Of a DNA stretch of 64,000 nucleotides, positions 12,946 to 25,010 are shown one piece after another. Within the stretch, counting starts at the first letter, position 1, and each line of letters opens with the position of its first letter. The notes beneath the pieces were generated by a model. That model did not search any database, was not told the DNA's origin, and worked only from the letters and a program-made list of their open reading frames with translations. Location of the stretch: contig NC_068999.1 of the NCBI RefSeq assembly GCF_001194135.2, positions 33,357,925 through 33,421,924 on the forward strand, in the 5' to 3' direction. The position numbers and the translations under genes are program-made. The DNA is from Octopus bimaculoides (Eukaryota).

Positions 12946-13559
12946 CTGCTTCACCTCAAAATTTCTAACTGACATTAGAAACAATTATTATACTTTGATC
13001 CTTTTAGCTTCTCTTTCAAACATTGTTTTGTTCATCCAACCACCTTTATGTTGCCGTCTTAAAAAGCTAGATACACACTTGTCATATACCTGTGTTTGTT
13101 TCAGTCAGTTTTTTTCTCAGGTGTAAGCCTTCTGCTAAACTTGGAAATCATTACAAATCCAAATACATAAGTTAAATATAATAAAAACTAAAAGCTAAAA
13201 AAAAAAGAAGCCTACCAACCAATCATTTGATTAATTAACTGATTGCTCCTACTTGGATAATTTGATAGATCAATAGATTGATTACTTTAATTCTTTGTTT
13301 GGACTAGAATCTATCTGATTAATCAAAGGGTGAGGAAAATTAAATAAGAAAAGACTTAAGGCCACAGCATGAAAACTTGTTGGCAGAAATCAACAGGAGT
13401 GGACATGTTGTGAACAGCTGATAAAAGACAGAGCTGTCAGTTGGCTAAACCTGTTCAAATAGAGACACTGGGTACTTCACACAATACTAGATATCACACA
13501 CACACACAAATGAACTACACACATACAATCACTCTCATGCTCTCTCCACAGGTATGAAT

Positions 13560-13601
<42 letters not shown>

Positions 13602-14119
13602 GTGTATGTATCGGTAACTCTGACAACACCCAAATGCACATGTTAACTTCATTTAAAACTTATTTCACAGTAAGCGCTGTGATGATGATACTGTCAATAA
13701 AGTCTCAGGTGCCACACCAGACATTATTCTTTGTTTATCCAATGTTGATTTCTTTGTTCAAAGAAGGATACCATCCACAATTTTCCTGTGATCTTTTATC
13801 CTTTACTGGTTTCAGTCATTAGACTGTGGCCATGCTGGGGCACTACCTTAAAGAATCTTTAGTTGAAGAAATCAGCTCCAGTGCTTAATTTTATATAAAG
13901 CCTGCTACTTATTCTATTGGTCTCTATTGCTGNNNNNNNNNNATTTTATATAAAGCCTGCTACTTATTCTATTGGTCTCTATTGCTGAACCGTGTGTGTG
14001 TGTGTGTGTGTGTGTGTGGTATGCTTGTGTCCTTGTCTTGGCCTCATGTTGTTGTTGTAAAGGAGCATCACAGTCATTCAAACAGGAGAAGGAAGTCCTT
14101 CCTGCATTACATTATTTCA

Positions 14120-14580
14120 ATATAATGAAGGGACATTACTAGGAATAGCCATTTTGTATATGTACATGGAGATAACATTGAGGCTGGTAGTTTGAGAGTT
14201 TTGTTGCCTGCGTGGAGTTAAATTTATCTGCTGGAGTTCTTACAGAACCATCTTAGTTGCAGAAAGGTGGCAGCTAAATTGATTCTTTCAAATGAAGAAT
14301 GAAAATTCTTTTATCATTTTTACTTATTTATTTTAATGGCTTAGTCAGAGGGTGACTCTTTCCAGGGTCTCTGAGTGGAGTAAGAGGAATGAAGGAGTAG
14401 TAGGAGGGAGGGAATGGTAGGGGAAATAAGAGGAGTAAACCTGATATTGGAGATTTGACCTGAAGGGTTGCAACAGAATGGAATCTGCCAAAAGCAAACA
14501 AGGACCAGGCTGGGGTTTAAAATGCAATGAGAGAGATACAAACTTCTGGTGTAACCAATCTTTCTTGTGAAATCAGGCTT
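14120..14580. repeat. Right arm of ~450-bp inverted repeat (partner 12490-12945)
   Basis: tataatgaagggacatt..ctgctggagttcttacagaaccatcttagttgc..ccaaaagcaaacaaggaccaggctggggtttaaaa. Confidence 0.85.
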
Positions 14581-14619
14581 TGAAACAACACCAGATAAAA
14601 ATGCAAAAAATATAAGTAC

Positions 14620-15015
14620 AAGCATGGTTGTGTGGTTGAGAAGCTCACTTTGCAACCATGTGGTTTTGGGTTCAGTCCCACTACATGGTACTTTGGGAAA
14701 GTACCTTGGGCAAGTACCTTGGGCAAGTACCTTGGGCAAGTACCTTGGGCAAGTGTCTATAGCCCTGAATTGACCAATGTTTAGCAAGTAAATTTGGTTT
14801 ATGGGAACTGTGTGGAACTCTATCGTTGTGTGTGCGTGCATGTGTTTATGCTTGTCCCCCTCCACTGTTTGACAACAGTTGTAGTTTGTTTATGTCACCA
14901 TAACTTTGTGGTTCAGCAAAAGTGACTGATAGAATAAGTACCAGAAATAAGAAAATAAGTAAAACCTTCAAGGTGGTGCTCTAGCATGGCCGCAGCCCAA
15001 TGACTAAGATAAATA
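14620..15015 (+). mobile_element. SINE family A with internal 13-bp tandem expansion
   Basis: (aagtaccttgggc)x4 at ~14699-14750 inside the tRNA-related head. Confidence 0.8.
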
Positions 15016-16006
15016 AAAGATATATGAGTTAACCAGGAAACCTATATGTTTTTGCTTGACCTATTGGGAAAAACTGCTAAATCTCCCTCAAATCTTTTAA
15101 AAAAATGAGGACATGTTGGATAATGTAATGGTAGATAGAATATTTGTTTAAAAGATGGTATTATCATGGCTGGAATAGCTTTGAATCACAAATCTATTCC
15201 ATAGCTGATGATCTGAAACTGAATAAAAACAACAGTGAAAAACTAAACTCTCAGAGCTGACCATCTCTACTTAAAAAAATGCTAATATCAAGGACAGCTT
15301 TATGTTACTGTGTCATGAGCCAGACATACAAGTAACATTTACCATTATTATCAAGAGGAACGTCAAATTTGACAGCCAACAAGAATCTCTATCAATAATT
15401 CTGTTTAGAAAGTTTGATTTGGTAAATTATTGGCAATATTTGGTTTCCTGATTTAATTATCGTTATTGAAGTTTTGCATTGTAATTTTTGTTTGGTTTGC
15501 TATTTTTGTTAATTAAAATGTTTCTTTAACATTTATCTGAATTCACATCAATATATCTATCCGGTTAATATGCTGTAGTGGAAGGCAAGGTCAGGAGACA
15601 AGACTCTATTTCTTCAGTTGTTCACTCATTCTTGCTGTGCTCTACTTCATTATATATCCATGAACATATGTATATTTTTCTTGTCTCTCATTTCAGCTTT
15701 GGTTAAATTAGACTTTGTTGATGAGGCCTAATAAGATAAAAACATGTCTAGAGTTATTACTGTACCACTATATACTCCTACCCCACTCTCATACACAAGT
15801 CTTTTACTTGTTTCAGTCACTGGACTGTGGTCATGCTGAGATTTGCTCTTACTACTTATTTATTTTTTTTGTTTTTGTTTTTTAAAGTCTGGTATTTATT
15901 CTATTGGTTTCTTTTCCTGAACTGCAAAATTACAGGACATAAACAAACCAACACTGGTTGTCATATGGTAGTGGTACAAACACAAAGATACACACACACA
16001 CATATG

Positions 16007-16029
<23 letters not shown>

Positions 16030-16039
<10 letters not shown>

Positions 16040-16830
16040 CATCATCATTTAACATGTGTTCTCTATGCTGACATGGGTTGGATGGTTTGATAGGAGCTGG
16101 CAAGCCAGTGGACTGCACCAAGCTTGACTGTCTGTTTTGGCATGGTTTTTACATCAGGATGCCCTTCCTAATGCCAACCACTTTAAAGAGTTTACTGGGT
16201 TCTCTTAATGTAGAGCTGGTACTGGTGAGGTCTGTTTTAGAATGGTTTCTACAGCTGGATGACCTTCCTAACACCAACCACTTTACAAAGTGGACTGAGT
16301 GCTTTTCTTATGTGGCACCATCACTAAATAATTTGTAAGACAAAGATCCTTTGAGAGGTGGGGTGGTATTGGAGGAGGTGGCTTTGTGCCAGGTGATGAG
16401 AGGTTAGAGTATGACAGAGAGACACAAACAGGTGTTTTACTGCAGAGGAGGTACACGGTTATCCCATTCTGAGGGAGAGAGTGACAGAGAAGGTGGCAAT
16501 ATGCCAGGGCATACTCTCAAGGTACAGGGATGATAATGTATATGGAATGGTAGAGCAATGGTGAGGGTGCATGAATAGGGAGTTCATGTGAATGGAAAAA
16601 GGAGCTGAGCAGATGCAGTGACTGGTGAAACCTTAATATAGAGTGGGGACAACAGGGTAGCAATGATACAGTTGGCAAGGAGGATTGGATTGGGCTACAG
16701 GAGTTGGGAGGGAGAGTTAAAGCATAGAGGAAATGTGAGGAAGAGGAGATGGGGGAGATATAGTCTGGTTTATTGAGGTAGGGTGTGTGAAAACTTAATA
16801 TCACATGTGCGTGGGACATGCAGTGCTCTC
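16030..16830 (-). mobile_element. RTE LINE 3' UTR fragment ending in the family D tail
   Basis: Purine-rich segment followed, on the minus strand, by aaagtggttggtgttaggaaggtcatccagctgtagaaac..catgtcagcat..gttaaatgatgatg. Confidence 0.6.
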
Positions 16831-17001
16831 AGAACTCACTTTCACTGAGGTGGGTGGGCCTTCTCAAGAACCATATATATATATATATATACATAATTAA
16901 GGGATCAGCAAACATTTGCTTCAGCACATACCATTATTAATTGTTGATTTATAAATAAATTAATAAATTGATAAACCNNNNNNNNNNNNNNNNNNNNNNN
17001 N

Positions 17002-17049
<48 letters not shown>

Positions 17050-17405
17050 GAATGTATATATAGCTTCTTAACCACGCAGCCATGCCTTCACCATTAAATT
17101 ATGGAAATATGTGGTAGCATGGATAATTAAACTTGTCACATATAAAGATATATTAGCTATAAAAATTTGTTCACAGTTTGAAGACTTGACAGATCATTCT
17201 ATAGTTTGAGAGATCATATTTCACTAAATCTCCCACACATTTAGTTATCTGAATTGCATGATTCCAACCATTAAAACGTAGTACATGTGGCTGATAACAA
17301 CATTCAATACATGAGATATGATACATTATCTGTCATATGTGCTTAAATCTTAGTCAGATTCTGTATTTAGAGCAGTCTGACCAACATTGACGGTAGGGAA
17401 TCACC

Positions 17406-17527
17406 CAGGGGCGTATATTCTGGGTATGTGCTGCACACCCATTGAAAATAGCAACTTTGTTATAAATACTAATCTTCCTCATTTCTTTAATCCCAAATCT
17501 TAATGGAAAACTTTTGTTATACGCCTG
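17406..17527. mobile_element. Small MITE (possible PIF/Harbinger-type ends)
   Basis: CAGGGGCGTATA ... TATACGCCTG inverted ends. Confidence 0.5.
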
Positions 17528-17913
17528 TTTGAAATTTGGTGGCGTTGGGTGTGGCAGCACACCCAATACAACAACCACCATATGCAACTGGATTCACCCT
17601 CCCTGTTTCTTGTTCATTTCTTCTCTCTCTTCCACCTTCATACCTTTCTTCCTTTTACTTGTTTCAGTCGTCTGCCAGAGGCCATGTTGGGGCACTGCCT
17701 TGAAGGATTTTAGTTGAACAAATCAACCCCAGGACTGTTTGTTTAAAGTCTAATACTTATTCTTTCAGTATATTTTGCTGAACCACTAAGCTATGGGAAC
17801 ATAAACACACCAATACCAGTCGTCAAGCAGTGGTTGGGGCCAAACACACACACACACACATACATATGTGATCTGAACGAAAAAGCACACTCTAAGATGC
17901 AGAGCAGTATAAA

Positions 17914-18133
17914 TTAAGATTGGGGAAGGCCGGTTTATAGGATTACATTAGGTTTCCTGTCCATAAAGGGTTTAGCTTTATGGTGTATTGTCAGATCTCA
18001 AAACCTGTTGGCCCATATTTTTAAGAAGTCTTGGGCCAACAGGTTTTTGGGATCTGACGATATGCCATAAAGCTAAACCCTTTATGGACGGGAGACCTAA
18101 GGTAATGCCATAAACTGGCCTTCCCAATTTTAA
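17914..18133. repeat. Fold-back element / MITE, ~105-bp arms
   Basis: gtccataaagggtttagctttatgg..tcagatctcaaaacctgttggccca versus tgggccaacaggtttttgggatctga..ccataaagctaaaccctttatggac, with a 16-nt loop. Confidence 0.9.
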
Positions 18134-18947
18134 TGTATATATGCGATGGGCTTCGTTAAGTTTCTGTCTATCAAATTCACTCAGAAGGCTTTAGTTGGCC
18201 AGAGGCTGTAGTAGAAGATACTTGCCCAAGGTGCCATGCGTGGGACTAAACCCAGAACCCTGTGATTAGTAAGCAAGGTTCTTACCACACAGCCATGCCT
18301 GCACCTATACTAGGACCCTTTCAAACCAAATTTCTCTGTCCCTATTTAATCACTCTCCATATTTCATTTTCACTCTATGTATCGAACTCCTCATCCACTG
18401 CTAACAATATTTTTGTTTTTCTCAACTCTGTTGAAGGCCAAGGACCTATAACTTTAGACTTTCTATGTTTCACATCAGTCAAAATTATCAACATTTCATC
18501 AACTCTCTTTTGTCTGTAAGCATATTTAATATTTCTCTGAAGAAACTCAATTTAATAGATGAGTGTTATCAGGAAATAGTCAGTCTATCAGGATTTCCAT
18601 TCATGTAAAAGTTTCTTCACATCTGCTCTACTTATCTAATGAACTGCGAATCATATGTAAAATATTTTCAGTTACAAAATGTTGCTTTTGATCTGAATGA
18701 GCTCTGGGATTAATCACACCATTCACCATTATCATGTGTGAATGTAGCTATGGTTGTGTACTTGAGAAATTGGTTTACAACTATACGCTCACAATACCAT
18801 TGTGATCTAATGTGGTAGTCTGAATGAGTGTCTTCTATCAGGGCTTCAAGTTGACTGATACCTTGTGATTGAAATTTCATAGATTACAGCTATGCAGAGG
18901 CATGTTGTGCAGTGTATGTGTGTGTGCGTGCATATATTTACTGGTAG

Positions 18948-19265
18948 CGAAGGTGTGTGGCTTAGTGGTTAAGGCATTTAGCTCATGATTGTAAGGTCAT
19001 CAGTTCGACTCCAGGCAGCAAGTTGTGTGTCCTTGAGCAAGACACTTTATTACACATTGCTCCAGTCCACTCAGCTGGCAAAAATGCGTTGTACCTGTAA
19101 TTCAGAGAGCCAGTCTTGTCACTTTCTGTATCACGCTGAATCTCCCTGGGAACTGTTAAGAGTATGCATGTCTGTGGAGTACTCAACCACCATTAATTTC
19201 ACAAGTAAGCTGTTCCAATGATTGGAGCAACTGGAACCCTATTCATCATAACCTACAGATTGCCA
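18948..19265 (+). mobile_element. tRNA-derived SINE, family C
   Basis: gtggcttagtggttaagg..agttcgactcc (A/B boxes), ccttgagcaagacact, cagtccactcagctgg core. Other copies near 28825, 54895 and 58940. Confidence 0.8.
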
Positions 19266-19590
19266 GTTTATTTACTGCTAATGAAGCCATTAGATAAATA
19301 AAGATTAATAAAATAAACAACATTAATAAAATAATAAAATTTCAAGCTTAAGGCTTGAAATTTGGGGGTAGGAGGCTAGTTGATTTTATTGACCCCAGTG
19401 CTCAACTGGTACTTATTTTATCAACCATGAAGGGGCAGAATTTGAGAATTTAGAAATCAATAAAGTAATACCAGACTGAAATAAATACTAAGGATTGATG
19501 TGATTAACAACACTTGATGCCAGTGCCTCAGCATGGCTGAGTATAATGGCTGAATCTAGTAGAAAAAGCAACAACTAAAGAATATATATA

Positions 19591-20785
19591 CAGGGTGCGA
19601 GGGGTATTTGAATAAACATTTGTGCAATTAGTCCTGATAATGATTTTTTAAGCAAATTATTCTATGAAACCGCCTTTGGCTTTGATGACTTCTTCAATGC
19701 GGGATCAAATCCGCTGGCATGCTGACACTATATGATCCTTATTCATTTCGGACATCACCTGGACAATGGCGGCCTTCAGTGAAGTTATGGTATTATGAGG
19801 ATGACGATTAGTCAACTTTTCAACAGTGCTCCACATGTAGTAGTCCATGGGGTTCAAATCTGACAAGTTTGGTGGCCACATATTGGGTGTTACATAATTG
19901 TAAGGATTGTCTGACAACCATTCTTGGATGACTAAGGCCTTGTGAGAAGGTGCTGAGTCTTGTTGAAACACGTATGGCTTTCCATTGGATACTTCCTTAA
20001 TCTGGAGTTTGATAACAGTTTCCAGTACCTCAATGTATCCAGCAGCATTAATTCTAAGACCCTGTGGAAAAAAGTGGGGAGGCATCACATGACCTTCACT
20101 ACTCACCACACTTAAAACCATCACAGTTGCTGGAAATTTCGTGTGCCTCACTCTGCACATCACCACTTGTCATTTCTTCTCTTAGACTTTTGATCCTGGT
20201 CAAAGTTTTTTCGTCAGAGAAAAACCAAAGCATGCCTTGTTCTTGAGGGTTTTTCACTTTGTTAAGTGACTGTTTTGAACAGATGAAATGGTTTTCCTGT
20301 GTCTTTGCAGACACGAATTGGCCTTTCCTCATTACATAGGACTTGTATTGAATGTCATGATGTACCACAGTTCTGATAGTACGCTCTGACATCCAGAGTT
20401 CTTTAGCAATGTACCTCATTGATCTTCTGGAGTATTCACCAATAATGTTCTGAACATGTCATATAAATTCCAGTGTCCTTTTAGTGTCTGAGCATTGTGA
20501 ATGATTTTTTTCTCTTTGATACAGATGAAACATTACCACCACATGCCTCCAATTCCAACCAAATTTTGTGTACAAATGATCTTGCAACATTTAGAAAGTT
20601 GCTAATTTCTAAATCACTGTGGTTTGCATGTATAGCAACTATTACTGCATGTCTTTTCATTTCTTGAGTTACCATGATCCATGATATTTTGAAAGGGTTA
20701 TCTGAAGAAAAAAAATGATACTTTAAATAATTTGAAGGTGTAATGAACTAAAAACAAAATGTCCTCAAATACCCCTCACATGCTG
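19591..20785 (-). mobile_element. Full-length IS630-Tc1-mariner DD37D (maT) transposon, frameshifted
   Basis: TA-flanked TIRs CAGGGTGCGAGGGGTATTTGA / TCAAATACCCCTCACATGCTG. Transposase in three pieces (20481-20675, 20099-20419, 19705-20166) with WFFSDEK, FQQDSAPSH and WPPNLSDLNPMD; 37 residues between the 2nd and 3rd Asp. Confidence 0.93.
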
Positions 20786-20799
20786 TATGTGTGTGTGTG

Positions 20800-20851
<52 letters not shown>

Positions 20852-20946
20852 NNNNNNNNNNNNNNNNNNNNNNNNNNNNNNNNNNNNNNNNNNNNNNNNN
20901 NNNNNNNNNNNNNNNNNNNNNNNNNNNNNNNNNNNNNNNNNNNNNN

Positions 20947-20993
<47 letters not shown>

Positions 20994-21258
20994 TGACAGA
21001 AAGAGAGAGGGAAGGAGAGGAAGGTTAACATTGGTCAGGATTGACTATGTATCTGCACGCAGAAAGTTTCTTGCTGAGATGCAGGTGTAGAGAAGTTGTT
21101 TTTTTTTTTAATGGAAAAGCCAACAATTGTCCAGGCACCAAATCTCTCTCCTTCATACTGTCCCACTCTCTCTTCTAAAATTTGAGTGGCCATGTAGCTA
21201 CTCTACAATATGAAAACTGTTCTACTCTGGCCTTTTCTCCTCTTTTCTCTTACTTTAA

Positions 21259-21478
21259 CCCTTTAGCAATTAAACTGGCCATATCCAGCCCAAATGTTCT
21301 ATCTGTTTTATGTTCAAACCAGCTAGATCCAGCCTCTCATATCTACCCTACAATGTCAATCTAACAATAAACTATCACATCATTGAAACGTTGAAGCTAC
21401 AAGATACTTCATGATTAATTCAAAACTATGTGAATTAACAAGCATTGCATTTGACAGATTAATATGAATGCTAAAGGT
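21259..21478. mobile_element. piggyBac-like MITE
   Basis: TTAA|CCCTTTAGCA ... TGCTAAAGGT|TTAA. Second copy at 53001-53220. Confidence 0.8.
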
Positions 21479-22022
21479 TTAATCCCCTATCTCTTAGCAC
21501 AAAGCTGCCTCTTTTGGGTTCATAGTCTTGTAAGGTGCATGGTGATCTCACCAGTGCTAGTGACGTAGAAAAAAACACCTAGTGCACACTGTGAAGTGGT
21601 TGGCATTAGGAAGGACATCCAGCGATAGGAATCAAGCCAAAAGTTGACAGTTGAACATGATTCAGTTCTTAGACCTGTCAGATCCTGTCAAACCATCAAA
21701 TCCATGCCAGTATGGAATATGGACATTTAATAATGGTGATGATGATGATAATGATGAAAATATGTATTAAGAGACAAAGAGAGTACCTGTATATGGTTAC
21801 TCTATCAGTTAAAAATAACAGTCAAATTTCGCAAATTTCTCCCTACTTTTTTTAAAAAAGAAAGATTAATTGGATAATGTTGTTAATAGATAATTTTTAA
21901 AAAATGGTATAGTCACAACTGGAACATCTTTGATCATGGATTGGCATGATCAAGGTTGACCTGGTGCTAAACAACACATTAGAGTAATTTTGTGATTATT
22001 CAGGGTTAAAAGGAACATTAAT

Positions 22023-22053
<31 letters not shown>

Positions 22054-22109
22054 CACTCATAAATTGAACCTCTACTCTGTTGTCTGTTGTTGATATTTCA
22101 TGTATTTGA

Positions 22110-22325
22110 TGGTGGTGAGCTGGTAGAATTGTTACAGCGCCTGGCAAAATGCTCAGCAGTATTTTGTCCATCTTCTGAGTTTAAATTCTGCCAAAGTCGA
22201 CTTTGCCTTTCATCCTTTCGTGGTCAGTGAAATAAGTACCCATTGAGCACTGGGGTTAATATAATCAACTTACCCCCCCCTCTCCCAAAATTGCTGGCCT
22301 TGTGCCAAAACTTGAAGCCAATATT
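22110..22325 (+). mobile_element. tRNA-derived SINE, family B
   Basis: ggtgagctggtagaattg..gagtttaaattctgcc head and gactttgcctttcatcctttcg..aataagtacc..cactgggg core. Copies near 24510, 26750, 38020, 42940, 47030(-), 56720(-) and 57500(-). Confidence 0.8.
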
Positions 22326-22446
22326 TCATGTCCCTTTAGACATTACTCTTCTATTCCCTTAGTGTTGCATATATTCCATTGCCATTCTAAGACACTTTTT
22401 TAAGAAGAACAGACATATCTACACTCTCCCTCCACTCACACATGTA

Positions 22447-22477
<31 letters not shown>

Positions 22478-23254
22478 GACATGCGACATACACACATACA
22501 TGCTTATATACATACACACAAATTATGACTATAATGCTGTCTCACATCTCTCTGTCAATTTGAACACCTACTCATTTTGTTCTTCCTACATTTAATTTAT
22601 TATTCCAATTGATTTATGATTGTAACAACCTCTGCCATTGAATTTTTCCTTTCATTCAAAACCCAGACAAATTAAACAAACCACATTTTATATATTTCTA
22701 CTGAACATTGGGCTATAAGCATCGTGTCTGTAATAATTTTCTTTAATTCAATGCTACCATCTTTTATCTTCTACTTGTTTCAGTCATGAGACTGCAGCCA
22801 TGCTGGGGCACTGCGTTGAAGAATTTTAGTTGAATAAATCAACCCCAGCGTTTTAGTTTTAAAAGCCTGGTACTTATTCTATCAGTCTCTTTTGCCTAAT
22901 GGCTAAATTACAGAGATGTAAACACATTGACACTAGTGGTGGTGGGGGACAAACAAAGACACACACATACATGCAGACACACATAGAGTGCGTTTGAAAA
23001 ATCCTCATGAATGGATGAAAGTGCTAAATGAATTACCCAAAATTCTGACTGCTTCCTTTTTCTTAATATATATATACATACATGCGTACAATAGATATAT
23101 ATATCGAGGTTATGAGAGGTATTGGTGTCAAGAAGACCCAAAGGTGTCAGGTAATGCTGAGTAAGTGCTATGGACAGACTATAGTTAACCTCCAGGTTTG
23201 ATAATGATACGAATGAGGAGCCTAACGTAGGTCGTGTATTAGCATGCACCTATA

Positions 23255-23660
23255 TAAAAATTAACAGAATGAGATAAAAATAATCCAAGGCTGTGAAAGA
23301 TTTAGGAACATTTATAAAGAAAAGTGGAGGAATGAAAACAGACATCTGTTTCCATTTCTATACTTCACTCTGTATTTCATATCTTCTCTATAATAACTAT
23401 TACTTAAACATTTTCTCGCACAGTCTCTGATGAAGGGATATATAAAACATCCTGGAAACAGCTGTAAGACCTTCTTCTCTTTATAAATGTTCTGAAAACT
23501 ATTCACAGCCTTGAATTTTNNNNNNNNNNNNNNNNNNNNNNNNNNNNNNNNNNNNNNNNNNNNNNNNNNNNNNNNNNNNNNNNNNNNNNNNNNNNNNNNN
23601 NNNNNNNNNNNNNNNNNNNNNNNNNNNNNNNNNNNNNNNNNNNTCATTCTGTTAATATAT
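23255..23660. mobile_element. Penelope-like terminal region with inverted partial repeat
   Basis: aattaacagaatga..ccaaggctgtgaaagatttaggaacatttataaaga (23260-23325) is the reverse complement of tctctttataaatgttctgaaaactattcacagccttg..tcattctgttaat (23471-23656, spans a gap). Encloses a hammerhead motif. Confidence 0.65.
23423..23470 (+). ncRNA. Minimal type I hammerhead ribozyme motif
   Basis: GTCT-CTGATGA-AGGGAT atataaaac ATCCTG-GAAA-C AGCT G-TA-AGAC. Stem I GTCT/AGAC, intact core, palindromic CAGCTG stem III, GUA cleavage triplet. Confidence 0.8.
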
Positions 23661-24509
23661 ATATATATATTTATATATATATTTATATAAATATATATAC
23701 ATACATACATACATACACACATACATATATACAATAGGCTTCTTTTCAGTTTCTCTCTACCAATTCCACTCAAGGCTTTGGTCAGTTTGAGGCCATATTA
23801 GAAGACACTTGCCCAATGTGTCTGAACCCAGAGCCATGTGGTTGGAAAGGAAGCTTCTGACCACACAGCCACACCTGCGCCTGCTATCATTATCACCATT
23901 TAAAATACTCAAACATTTAAAAATTATGTGCTACTGGTTTTTCCCCAAACTGTTTGCTTACTTGATTGCTTATGTCTCTCTCTCTCTCTATCTAACATGC
24001 TATCTCACAAACTACTGAAGCTTGCAAGTGTTTGCTTGATTGCTTGCATATACATCTGACAAACTACAGCAAGGAAGAAGGTTCAATTTTATATCAACAA
24101 TTGCTAAACGAAATTAAATTGAGAATTTTCATTTTGGCTTTTTGAAATTTTTTAATTTTTTATTTCAAACAAGTTTTCTTGATATTACAGAAATGGTTGA
24201 GCTCTATTCGGCATGTCTTTTTATTAGATAAGCTATGAGTTTATGAACAATGAAATCAGTTATTTGATAAAGGAGATGCAATAGAAATACTTTCCACACA
24301 CATAGAGGAATATAGCTAGAAAATTCCTTTCATGTTTTAGTAGTTGAGAAGTTAGTATTGGTGGTTATAAAAGTTAGTCTTGTAATTTATTGTAGGTTTA
24401 TAGTATTAATGGTTATAGCAGTTAATATTGGTGGTTGTGGTTGTTAGGATTGAGGACTCTAGCAAGCATTGGCAGTGGTTATGATATTGAACATTAGGGC
24501 TATAGTAGG

Positions 24510-25010
24510 GTGGTGAGCTAGTAGAGGTGCTATTTCACCAGGTAAAATGCTTAGTGCATTTTGTCCGTCTTCATGTTCTGCCTTCAAATTCCATTGAGGT
24601 CACCTTTGTACTTCATCTTTTTGGAATTGATAAAATTAGTGCCAGTTGAACATTGGGGCTGATGTAATTGACTTACTCTCTCCCCTAAAATTGATGGCCT
24701 TGAGCCAAAATTTGAAAGTGGATTTGGTAGATGGAACCTGAAAAATGCCTGTCGTGTGTGTGTGTCTTTGTGTCTGTGTTTGTCCTCCACCACTACTTGA
24801 CATCCAGTGTTGGTTTGTTTACATCCTCATTATTTAGTGATTTTGGCAAAAGTGACTGATAGAAGTAGCAGGCTTAAAAAAAAAATGTCCAACTAAAAAT
24901 TCTTCAAGGCAGTGTCCCAGCATGGCCACAGTCTAATTATTGAAACAAGAAAAACATAAAACATCTGTGGTGCTCCAGCATGGCCACAGTCAAATGACTG
25001 AAACAAGAAT
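24510..25010 (+). mobile_element. SINE B fused to the 3' part of SINE A, with duplicated tail
   Basis: ccttgagccaaaatttgaa joins directly to agtggatttggtagatgg. The tail ccagcatggccacagtc occurs twice (~24920 and ~24980). Confidence 0.7.

Noticed and set aside
13880-13990. ~45-bp direct repeat on either side of a 10-N gap
   Set aside because: Typical contig-overlap assembly artefact within a SINE.
15302-15421. Open frame with KRNVKFDSQQE, similar to FAIM KRVVYVDGKEE, ending at a GTAAAT donor
   Set aside because: Only ~6 of 19 identities, poor acceptor, no supporting adjacent exon.
24189-24236. Good acceptor followed by KWLSSIRHVFLLDKL
   Set aside because: Stop codon before any donor.
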